The notes beneath the pieces are model-generated. The model was given only the letters and a program-made list of their open reading frames with translations. It searched no databases and was not told the origin of the DNA. Of a stretch of DNA of 64,000 nt, positions 36,070 through 44,019 are shown in pieces (the stretch's first letter is position 1; the number at the start of each line of letters is the position of its first letter). The stretch is from contig DKCG01000026.1 of NCBI GenBank assembly GCA_002449145.1, positions 82,608 to 146,607 on the forward strand. The letters are read 5' to 3'. Source of the stretch: Christensenella sp. UBA6880 (GTDB lineage: Bacteria; Bacillota; Clostridia; Christensenellales; CAG-917). The position numbers were made by a program, and so were the translations under genes.

Positions 36070-37677
36070 ATGAAAGACAAAAAGACGGAAAAAAGAGGCA
36101 TATTTTCGGGTTTACGCAAAGAGTTTTGCGCTTCCGATACGAAAAAGCACGACGAGGCGAGCCTCGCCGAGTTGCTTTGCGAGCACGACAAAAACAAAAT
36201 CGTGCCTTTTCATATGCCGGGGCATAAACGCGAGGATTTCGATTTTCTAAACGGCGCGCAAAAAATCGACATAACCGAGATAGAGGGCTTCGACAATCTC
36301 AACGACGCAAACGGAATCATATTGCAATCCGAAAAACTTGCGGCAGAGGTGTTCGGCGCAAAGCACGCAAGATTTTTGGTGAACGGAAGCACGGGCGGCG
36401 TTCTGGCGGCGATTCGTACGGTTTGCAATGCGGGCGACAAGGTTTTGATTGCTCGCAACTGTCATAAGTCCGTGTACAATGCGGTGGAAGTGTTCGGCTT
36501 GGTTCCCGTCTACGTTATGCCGTCCTATTTCGAGGAATACGGCTTTTACGGCTCGGTTTTCCCTTGTGACGTAAAAAGAGCGTTCGAGCAAAATCCCGAC
36601 ATAAAACTCGTGGTGATAACTTCGCCCACGTACGAGGGAATCGTCAGCGACGTAAAATCAATCGCGGATATATGCCGCAAAAACGGCGCGATTTTGTTCG
36701 TCGACGAGGCGCACGGCGCACATACCGGACTTTACAAAAAGTTCGGCGAAAGCGCGAGAAGTCTCGGCGCGGACATGGTTGTGAACAGTTTGCACAAGAC
36801 GTTGCCGTCGCTTACGCAAACCGCGCTTTTGTGCGTTTGCTCGGATAGAGTGGACACAACCGAACTCGACCGCAATCTTGCGATATTCCAAACCAGTTCG
36901 CCCTCGTACGTCCTTATGGCTTCCATCGACGGTTGCGTGAGAATGCTCAAAAACGACGGCGCGAAATTGCTGTCCGAGTGGAACAAGAATATCGACGATT
37001 GCAAAAAGTCGCTTGAAAGACTAAACAAACTTTCGATTTTCCAACCGAAAAAAGATTCGCGAGTTTTTGCCTACGACAAGTCGAAATTCGTCGTGCTATG
37101 CACGGGCGGCGCAATAAGCGGCATTGAACTCAAAAAGGTTTTGCGAAACGCATACGACATAGAACTCGAAATGGCAAGCGTAAACTACGCAATCGCAATG
37201 AGCGGCGCAGGGGATACCAAAGAGAATTTTTCCGCCCTCGAAAGCGCGTTGTTTGCAATCGACGACACGCTTGCTTCACGCAACGGTTTGACTACGACGG
37301 TTTTGCCGTCATTGCCGAAAAAGGCGTTTGAACCCTATCAAACACGCACTTTAAGTGGCGAATACGTCGATTTCGACAAATCGTCGGGCAGAGTAAGTCT
37401 TGAAAACGTATGGGTATATCCGCCCGGCTCGCCCGTCATCGTCAAAGGCGAAGAAGTGTGTCAGGAAGATATAAAAAATCTTACTTTGATGTACGAAAGC
37501 GGCGTAAGCGTATCGAGCGAAAAGCGAGAATTTCCGACATACCTTTATGTCGCAAAAGCCTGTAACGAAGACGGAACACGAGCCGCAACGGCGGCGAGCC
37601 ATTGCTCAAACAGCGTTGCGGCAAAGTCAATCGCCCAAGTCGTCATTCCGAGCGAAGCGTGGGAATCCCCTAAATAG
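36070..37677 (+). CDS. PLP-dependent Orn/Lys/Arg decarboxylase family protein, with the last ~36 aa encoded by repeat DNA
   Basis: FHMPGHK and SLHKTLPS (PLP-Lys) motifs. From about nt 37569 onward the frame runs through the T1-type repeat sequence. Confidence 0.8.
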   Translation: MKDKKTEKRGIFSGLRKEFCASDTKKHDEASLAELLCEHDKNKIVPFHMPGHKREDFDFLNGAQKIDITEIEGFDNLNDANGIILQSEKLAAEVFGAKHARFLVNGSTGGVLAAIRTVCNAGDKVLIARNCHKSVYNAVEVFGLVPVYVMPSYFEEYGFYGSVFPCDVKRAFEQNPDIKLVVITSPTYEGIVSDVKSIADICRKNGAILFVDEAHGAHTGLYKKFGESARSLGADMVVNSLHKTLPSLTQTALLCVCSDRVDTTELDRNLAIFQTSSPSYVLMASIDGCVRMLKNDGAKLLSEWNKNIDDCKKSLERLNKLSIFQPKKDSRVFAYDKSKFVVLCTGGAISGIELKKVLRNAYDIELEMASVNYAIAMSGAGDTKENFSALESALFAIDDTLASRNGLTTTVLPSLPKKAFEPYQTRTLSGEYVDFDKSSGRVSLENVWVYPPGSPVIVKGEEVCQEDIKNLTLMYESGVSVSSEKREFPTYLYVAKACNEDGTRAATAASHCSNSVAAKSIAQVVIPSEAWESPK

Positions 37678-37958
37678 AAACGAAAACTTTTTGGCGATTG
37701 ATAACAACCGCACTTGTTTTCGCAAGCACTAACCGCGCAGAGAATTTGAGCTATCAGTTCAAGCACGGATAAGAACTCAAACCGCAATTTCGCCAAATTA
37801 TCTGCTTGGTGCAGCGCACTTCGTGCGAAAGCGGTAAATTTGAACGGCGGTAGGGCGCGACGCGTTAAACAACACATCCAGTGAATGTGTTGTAGCCAAA
37901 GCGAACGAGGCGGATTGCCTTGCAAACGCCGAAGTCCAAACACGTGAGGAAGGGGGAA
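37569..37958 (+). repeat. composite repeat: T1 5' fragment, hairpin block (GTCATTCCGAGCGAAGCGTGGGAATC) and T2 copy 2 (37726-37958)
   Basis: 37570-37600 matches the T1 5' block, and 37726-37958 aligns with the other T2 copies. Confidence 0.85.
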
Positions 37959-37971
37959 ATGTGTTAAGTTC

Positions 37972-38000
37972 TTGACAAAGCCGATACAAAACAATATAAT
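37972..38000 (+). promoter_or_regulatory. candidate promoter of the SCIFF operon
   Basis: TTGACA (37972-37977), a 17-nt spacer, then TATAAT (37995-38000). GAAGGAG is the SD before the ATG at 38031. Confidence 0.6.
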
Positions 38001-38030
38001 AGTATATATTAACAGAAGGAGTCGTAAACA

Positions 38031-38177
38031 ATGAAAAGAATCACAACTTTGAAAACACGCGATCTCAACGAGAGCAAAAAGAACGGCGGCTGTGGCGAAT
38101 GCCAAACCTCTTGCCAATCTGCTTGCAAAACTTCCTGCGGCGTTGCAAACCAAAAGTGCGAAAAGGCTGCAAAGTAA
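38031..38177 (+). CDS. SCIFF (six-cysteine) ranthipeptide precursor, 48 aa
   Basis: MKRITTLKTRDLNESKKNGGCGECQTSCQSACKTSCGVANQKCEKAAK. It is not in the ORF track because it is shorter than 60 aa. It has a strong SD and lies directly upstream of the maturase. Confidence 0.9.
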   Translation: MKRITTLKTRDLNESKKNGGCGECQTSCQSACKTSCGVANQKCEKAAK

Positions 38178-38210
38178 TTTTTGGCAAAATCACAACTTAT
38201 TCGCAAAGAT

Positions 38211-38236
38211 CGCATAGGCTGTCCTATGCGTTTTTT
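38211..38236 (+). terminator. intra-operon attenuator/terminator hairpin after the precursor gene
   Basis: Stem CGCATAGG / CCTATGCG with loop CTGT, followed by TTTTTT. Confidence 0.65.
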
Positions 38237-38302
38237 GTGTAAAAACGCAAGCGTTGCGACGTTTCGATTTTATAGCGAGCGGCAACGCGAGAGATAAGAC
38301 AA

Positions 38303-39682
38303 ATGATTCATTCTTTCAAACTTAACGGATACAATATCGTGCTCGATACGGCAAGCGGAAGCGTGCATAGCGTGGACGACGTAGCGTACGACGTCATAAA
38401 CTCGTACGAGGACAAAAGCAAAGAGCAAATCGTCAAAGACGTGGTTGCAAAGTACGAAAACCAAGGCGTTTGCGAGCAGGACGTAATCGAGTGCATAGAC
38501 GATGTAGAGGAATTGAAGGCGCAAGGCAAACTCTTTTCCGAAGACACGTTCAAGCCCGACGTCGACGTTCTTGCAAAACGCAATACCGTGCTTAAAGCGA
38601 TGTGCTTGCACGTTGCGCACACTTGCAACCTCAACTGCGAATATTGTTTCGCATCGCAAGGCAAATATCACGGCGAGCGCGCGCTTATGTCGTACGAAGT
38701 GGGCAAACGCGCTCTCGATTTCCTCGTCGAAAACAGCGGAACGCGCCGCAATCTCGAAGTGGACTTCTTCGGCGGCGAACCGCTTATGAACTGGCAGGTT
38801 GTCAAAGACCTCGTGGCATACGCTCGTTCGATAGAGAAAGAGCACGGCAAAAACTTCCGCTTTACGCTCACGACCAACGGTATGCTCGTTGACGACGACG
38901 TAATCGAATTTGCCAACAAGGAAATGGACAACGTCGTTTTGTCTCTCGACGGCAGAAAAGAGATAAACGACCATTTCAGACACACCATAGGCGGCGTGGG
39001 AAGTTACGATATAATCGTGCCGAAATTCCAAAAATTCGTCAAAGCGAGAGGCGGAAAAAACTACTATATGCGCGGCACGTTTACGCACAGAAATCCCGAC
39101 TTCACGAAGGATATTCAAACTATGCTCGACCTCGGCTTCGACGAGTTGAGTATGGAACCCGTCGTATGTCCGCCCACCGACAAGTACGCGCTCGACGAGG
39201 ACGACAAAAAGGTCATCTTCAAAGAGTACGAAAAACTTGCCGATATGATGATTGAAAGAAGAAAGCAGGGCAAACCCTTCACGTTCTATCACTATATGCT
39301 CAACCTCGAAGGCGGTCCGTGCATATACAAGCGTATATCTGGCTGCGGAAGCGGCACGGAATATCTCGCCGTAACGCCCACCGGCGAACTCTATCCTTGC
39401 CATCAGTTCGTCGGCAACAAAGAGTATCTTATGGGCGATATATGGAAGGGCGTCACGAACACGGAAATTCAATCCAAGTTCAAAAAGTGCAACGCATATT
39501 CGAGAAAAGAGTGCGACGAGTGCTGGGCAAGGCTGTATTGCTCGGGCGGTTGCGCGGCGAACGCATACAACGCCACGGGCGACGTGAACGGCGTTTACAA
39601 GTACGGTTGCGACCTTTTCAAAAAGCGTATCGAATGTGCGATAATGCTCAAAGTGGACGAGCAACTCGGTGAGGAAGAATAA
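38303..39682 (+). CDS. SCIFF radical SAM/SPASM thioether-forming maturase
   Basis: CNLNCEYCF radical-SAM motif and C-terminal SPASM cysteines (CDECWARLYCSGGCAANA). It is adjacent to the SCIFF precursor. Confidence 0.9.
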   Translation: MIHSFKLNGYNIVLDTASGSVHSVDDVAYDVINSYEDKSKEQIVKDVVAKYENQGVCEQDVIECIDDVEELKAQGKLFSEDTFKPDVDVLAKRNTVLKAMCLHVAHTCNLNCEYCFASQGKYHGERALMSYEVGKRALDFLVENSGTRRNLEVDFFGGEPLMNWQVVKDLVAYARSIEKEHGKNFRFTLTTNGMLVDDDVIEFANKEMDNVVLSLDGRKEINDHFRHTIGGVGSYDIIVPKFQKFVKARGGKNYYMRGTFTHRNPDFTKDIQTMLDLGFDELSMEPVVCPPTDKYALDEDDKKVIFKEYEKLADMMIERRKQGKPFTFYHYMLNLEGGPCIYKRISGCGSGTEYLAVTPTGELYPCHQFVGNKEYLMGDIWKGVTNTEIQSKFKKCNAYSRKECDECWARLYCSGGCAANAYNATGDVNGVYKYGCDLFKKRIECAIMLKVDEQLGEEE

Positions 39683-39688
39683 GAAAAT

Positions 39689-40177
39689 ATGGCAAAAGAA
39701 AAACTTGAAAAAACCAACGCTATGCGCATACTTGACCAAAAGAAAGTCGCCTACAAAGAGCATATACTCGGCATAACCGAAGCGGTGAGCGGCGTTGAAG
39801 CGGCAACCCTTTTGGGCGTGGATGAAAACCTCGTTTTCAAGACTCTCGTGACCGTCGGCAAAAGCCTCGAACATTACGTTTTCGTAGTGCCGGTCGCAAG
39901 CGAACTCGACTTGAAAAAGGCGGCGGCGTGCGTAAACGAAAAGAGCGTGGAAATGGTCAAATCGAAAGACTTGCTTCCGCTTACGGGTTACGTTCACGGC
40001 GGCTGTTCGCCCCTGGGTATGAAAAAGTTTTTCAAGACCACGTTTGACGAAAGTGCGCAGAATGTCGACAGGATTTTCTTTTCGGGCGGACGTATAGGCT
40101 TTCAAATAGAAACCACTCTTTCCGAACTTAAAAAGGCGATAACCTTTCAAGTGAAAGATATAACGGTTAAGCAATAA
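39689..40177 (+). CDS. ybaK: Cys-tRNA(Pro)/Cys-tRNA(Cys) deacylase YbaK/EbsC
   Basis: 162 aa. The N-terminus TNAMRILDQKKVAYKEH and the motif GYVHGGCSPLG are typical of YbaK. Confidence 0.8.
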   Translation: MAKEKLEKTNAMRILDQKKVAYKEHILGITEAVSGVEAATLLGVDENLVFKTLVTVGKSLEHYVFVVPVASELDLKKAAACVNEKSVEMVKSKDLLPLTGYVHGGCSPLGMKKFFKTTFDESAQNVDRIFFSGGRIGFQIETTLSELKKAITFQVKDITVKQ

Positions 40178-40227
40178 TCGTAGACAATAACGGTAAACGA
40201 AATAATTGCGCAAAATCGCAAAACGCG

Positions 40228-41865
40228 ATGTTTACGAAACTAAAAACGAGGGTTAAAAGTGCGAATATGAAAAAACGAGTTGATTCTGTTTTCAAAAACG
40301 CAACGATTGCAACGCTTGTTTCGGCGGTGATTTTTGTCGCCGTGTTTTGTTTCTTTGCTCTTTTGCCGACTTCCGTTTGCGAGGCAAATTCCGCATTGCG
40401 CTACTATAAAGGGCGCAACTCGTTCGGCGTTATCCTCACCACGAAAGACAGCCCCGTCATCGTCGAAAAAGAGGACTTGACGTTCGATATTCAATTTGAC
40501 GAACATTATCTCAACGGACTTCAAATAGGGTCGGTCAGCGCAAAGTATACTTTCAAAAATACGAGCGATGCCGAGGCAAAAACGAACGTCGTTTTTCCTA
40601 TCGATTTTTTAAGCGTTATTAATTATCAAAACAACGACGATTTTTCAAAATACGGCGTCAAAGTGAACGAAGAAACCGTAACGAGCAATCTTCGCTATTC
40701 CTACAAAATTCAAGGCAGCACGTTTTCGGTCGAGGATGATTTGGAATACCTCAAAGACGAGATTATCACCGACGAGTTTTACACGCCCGAAACGGTGGTG
40801 TACAAGTACGTTTACGCTTGCACGGCGGGCGATTCCTTTTGCAAAATGTATTTCGGCGGAATCGACGCTCGCAAAGTCGTTTGCGACAACGTGTACACCT
40901 CGTACTGGCAAAACCTCGACGGCGCGGAAAGCATAGGTTTTTGGGTGGACAAAAACGAGTATATTTTCTATTCGATAGGCGAGGAAATCGATTTTGCCGA
41001 AAGAGCGGAATTTTTCTCGGACTCCGAGAGAACGAGCAGAGTCAACGGCTCGTTCAAACTTTTGAGCAAGCAAGATATTACGTTCGGCGACCTTGCGTAT
41101 CAATACTATGACGAAAATTACGGCGTGAGCAAAACAGACTGGTACAACGCAGTCTATGCAAGCCTTAAAGAAGTCTATCCCAAAATCGCGCAAGGATATT
41201 GTTTCAACGTTTACAGAAACTTGTATTGTTGGTTTGAATACGATATGACGTTCGCGCCGCAAGAAACGCTTGTAAACGAGGTCGTCGCACCCCTTTATCC
41301 CGACATAAACGAGATGTATTCGCCTTCTGTTTACGTCTTCAATTATCTCGTGTCGCCCGCTTCCACTTGGAAAAGTTTTGCGAATCTCAACGTCACGATA
41401 AACACGAATTACTATCTCATCGACGATTCCGTGGGCTTCGAGCAAATCGAGGGCGGCTACGCTTGGCACAGCGATACGCTTCCGAGCAGCGAACTTCAAT
41501 TCTCGCTCTGCAAGAGCCAGTATCCGAGCAGAACTTCGAGCGGTATAAGTGTGAACACGATAATAAATATAATTCTGCTTACCGTGCTCGAACCGCTTTT
41601 CATAGTCATCGTCGGACTGGTCATTGTGATTGTCGTCATAAAGAAAAAGGAAAAGAACGCGAGGTACGGCGAGTCGAGAAACAAGTCGAAACGCGCCCGC
41701 AAAAGCAAGAATAAAAACGTGAATAAGGCGGATTCCGACTCAAACAACGGCGAGCAATGCGGCAATATTTTCGGCGAAGAAAACAAAAACGAAAACGAGC
41801 CGAAAAATATCGATTTATCAAACGATAAAGAAGAAAACGGCGCAAACGACGATACGTCGAAATAA
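40228..41865 (+). CDS. hypothetical bitopic protein with N-terminal signal-anchor, large ectodomain, C-terminal TM and a Lys/Asn/Glu-rich tail
   Basis: N-terminal TM ATLVSAVIFVAVFCFFALL and C-terminal TM IINIILLTVLEPLFIVIVGLVIVIVVI. I recognise no motif. The start is either 40228 or 40267. Confidence 0.55.
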   Translation: MFTKLKTRVKSANMKKRVDSVFKNATIATLVSAVIFVAVFCFFALLPTSVCEANSALRYYKGRNSFGVILTTKDSPVIVEKEDLTFDIQFDEHYLNGLQIGSVSAKYTFKNTSDAEAKTNVVFPIDFLSVINYQNNDDFSKYGVKVNEETVTSNLRYSYKIQGSTFSVEDDLEYLKDEIITDEFYTPETVVYKYVYACTAGDSFCKMYFGGIDARKVVCDNVYTSYWQNLDGAESIGFWVDKNEYIFYSIGEEIDFAERAEFFSDSERTSRVNGSFKLLSKQDITFGDLAYQYYDENYGVSKTDWYNAVYASLKEVYPKIAQGYCFNVYRNLYCWFEYDMTFAPQETLVNEVVAPLYPDINEMYSPSVYVFNYLVSPASTWKSFANLNVTINTNYYLIDDSVGFEQIEGGYAWHSDTLPSSELQFSLCKSQYPSRTSSGISVNTIINIILLTVLEPLFIVIVGLVIVIVVIKKKEKNARYGESRNKSKRARKSKNKNVNKADSDSNNGEQCGNIFGEENKNENEPKNIDLSNDKEENGANDDTSK

Positions 41866-41888
41866 CGCGAGTAACAACGTTGCAAGTG

Positions 41889-41921
41889 TGCAATCGAGAA
41901 TTATCGATTGCATATTTTTTT
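41889..41921 (+). terminator. rho-independent terminator
   Basis: Stem TGCAATCGA / TCGATTGCA with a 6-nt loop, followed by TATTTTTTT. Confidence 0.65.
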
Positions 41922-42033
41922 GCCCGTTTTCCATTAAAAATTATCGATAGACGGCGAAATATCGATATATTCTTGACAATTCGATATAATAAGAAGTATA
42001 TTTTTATCGATAAAAACCGAAGAGGTGCGCTGT

Positions 42034-42678
42034 ATGACCAAAGATAATAAAGAAATCTCGAAGGCGACTCTCAACAGATTGCCGTCTTACCTCAAATATT
42101 TGTATCAACTCGACAAACTCAACGTCGCAACGGTTTCGAGCACCACGATTGCAAACGGACTCAATCTCAATCCCGTGCAGGTGCGAAAGGACATCGCACT
42201 CGTATCGTCGGTGGCGGGCAAACCCAAAATGGGTTACGTCACGAAGGAAATCATCGCCGACCTTGAAAGTTTCCTCGGCTACAACAACACTCACGACGCG
42301 GTTTTGGTGGGCGTGGGCGGACTCGGCAAAGCGTTTTTGGGTTACGGTGGTTTTGAAAACTACGGCTTGAACATAGTGGCGGCGTTCGACAACAACGACA
42401 GAATAATAAACACCAAAATCAACGGCAAACCCGTGTACGACGTTGCAAAACTCAAAGAAATCGTCGAAAGATTCAACATCCAAATCGGTATCATAACCGT
42501 GCCGTCTTATGCGGCGCAAGAAGTTGCCGACAGAATGGTGAGCGCGGGCATAAAGGCGATATGGAACTTTGCTTCGGTGCACCTAAACATTCCCTCGAAC
42601 ATCGCGCTTAAAAACGAAGACCTTGCGTCCTCGCTCGCGCTGTTGTCCTTGCAAATCCAACAAAACCGCAACGACTAA
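42034..42678 (+). CDS. rex: redox-sensing transcriptional repressor Rex
   Basis: ISKATLNRLPSYLKYL winged helix and the Rossmann motif LVGVGGLGKAF. GAGGTG lies 6 nt before the ATG at 42034. Confidence 0.9.
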   Translation: MTKDNKEISKATLNRLPSYLKYLYQLDKLNVATVSSTTIANGLNLNPVQVRKDIALVSSVAGKPKMGYVTKEIIADLESFLGYNNTHDAVLVGVGGLGKAFLGYGGFENYGLNIVAAFDNNDRIINTKINGKPVYDVAKLKEIVERFNIQIGIITVPSYAAQEVADRMVSAGIKAIWNFASVHLNIPSNIALKNEDLASSLALLSLQIQQNRND

Positions 42679-42701
42679 ATAAAGGGAAACGAATCGATTG
42701 T

Positions 42702-42738
42702 AAAACCAGAGGTAAGCAAAACGCTTGCCTCTGTTTTT
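42702..42738 (+). terminator. rho-independent terminator of rex
   Basis: Stem CAGAGGTAAGC / GCTTGCCTCTG with one G-U pair, followed by TTTTT. Confidence 0.65.
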
Positions 42739-42859
42739 ACAATGTTTTTTCGCGTTTTTATGAGCCGTTCGCGCAGGGTTAATGTTCGACGATTTGAAAA
42801 AAACATTGCTATATTTATTATATTATGTTAATATTTTAGGAAGAATAAGGAGATTGATT

Positions 42860-43297
42860 ATGCTCTCACTCGAATGTCAAACAGTGTACGACATCATTCG
42901 CCAAATCGCCGGCGAGGAAGAAGTGTACAAAATCATAGAAGCGGACGAAATTTTGGAAAGAATACCAAAAGCAATACCCCTTTCCAAAATACAGTTGTCG
43001 GCAATCATAAGAGAACTCAAAGACAGAGAGTACATACTCGTGAAATACTTTACGCCCGACGAGTACTGTCTCAGCGTGGCTAAGAGGCTCGAAGAAGTCC
43101 CCAAAGCCGCCGCGCAAGCACCTGCCGTTGAGGAGGAAAAGCAGCAAGAGCGCACTCTTTATCAAAACAAACAAGTCAAGGCAAAACCCGAAAAGACGGT
43201 CGGCAAAGGCGTATTGTTTTTGATGTCCCTTCTCGGAAGCCTTGTTGGCAGTGCTATAGTGGCAGTCATAACAGTTTTGCTTATAAAATTTTTATGA
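42860..43297 (+). CDS. membrane-anchored winged-helix-like protein, paralog 1
   Basis: AGGAG SD. The N-terminal ~75 aa form a helical domain (..ILERIP..LSKIQLSAIIRELKDREYILVKY..), followed by a linker and the C-terminal TM GVLFLMSLLGSLVGSAIVAVITVLLI. Confidence 0.6.
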   Translation: MLSLECQTVYDIIRQIAGEEEVYKIIEADEILERIPKAIPLSKIQLSAIIRELKDREYILVKYFTPDEYCLSVAKRLEEVPKAAAQAPAVEEEKQQERTLYQNKQVKAKPEKTVGKGVLFLMSLLGSLVGSAIVAVITVLLIKFL

Positions 43298-43310
43298 GCA
43301 AAACTGTGAA

Positions 43311-43570
43311 ACTTATAAACGGAATGTGCTAATTCGCAGACGGAACGCGAGCCGCAAGGCGGCGAGGAAGCGAGCGTCGAGCTTGACGGATAGTACAAGT
43401 GAACGGGCGAGTGTGGATTTTTTCGCCCGTGAACGAGTGGCATAACAAGAGAACGATACTTTTCTATGCGAGCACCGAGTGTTGCCCCACGCAGAGCGGA
43501 CGCCGTGGGTTCCCTCAAAGTATGCAGAGGGGGAACGGCGGTAGGGGAAACACGTGAGGAAGGGGGAAAG
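43311..43570 (+). repeat. repeat module T1, diverged copy ending in the T2-type terminus
   Basis: It shares ACTTATAAACGGAATGTGC..GCAGACGGAAC.CGAGCCGCAAGGCGGCGAG and GAGAACGATACTTTTCTATG with the other T1 copies, and ends CACGTGAGGAAGGGGGAAAG. Confidence 0.8.
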
Positions 43571-43614
43571 TTCAAATTCAAGTATCTTATTAAAGTAAAG
43601 GAATAGCGTATAAA

Positions 43615-44019
43615 ATGCAAGTGCAAGTTGACAGACAGCACGTCTTGACAAAAAAAGAAAAAGCGGTGATGAGAGTTATCTATCAAGAGGCGGAAAAACA
43701 AAACGGCTCTTGTTTGCTCACGCCTATCGAGATTTTCGAGAAACTTCCGCTTGACTTGCCTTTTGAAGAAGACGAACTCGACACCACTTTGCGCAATCTC
43801 GAAATCGACGATTATTTCGACATAACACGCTCTGACAAGAAAGGCGAGTTGGTGTATTGCATCAATATGCAAAAGAAAGGACTTCAATTCGCAAGGGTCG
43901 AGCGCGCTTTTAAGAGCAATCTCGTGTTCAAGATACTTTTGACGCTCGGACTCAGCGTCGTGACTGCGCTCATAGGCGTCGGCATAAGGCAGTTGGTTGC
44001 GCTTTTACTCGGACAATGA
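43615..44019 (+). CDS. membrane-anchored winged-helix-like protein, paralog 2 (translationally coupled to uvrB)
   Basis: Same architecture as 42860-43297 (..[27 protein letters not shown].., with C-terminal TM segments). ATGA overlap with the uvrB start. Confidence 0.6.
   Translation: MQVQVDRQHVLTKKEKAVMRVIYQEAEKQNGSCLLTPIEIFEKLPLDLPFEEDELDTTLRNLEIDDYFDITRSDKKGELVYCINMQKKGLQFARVERAFKSNLVFKILLTLGLSVVTALIGVGIRQLVALLLGQ

Noticed and set aside
38270-40213. 647-aa minus-strand ORF overlapping the SCIFF maturase and ybaK.
   Set aside because: It is antisense to two genes with strong family motifs. Its translation has no recognisable domain and a composition typical of antisense frames.
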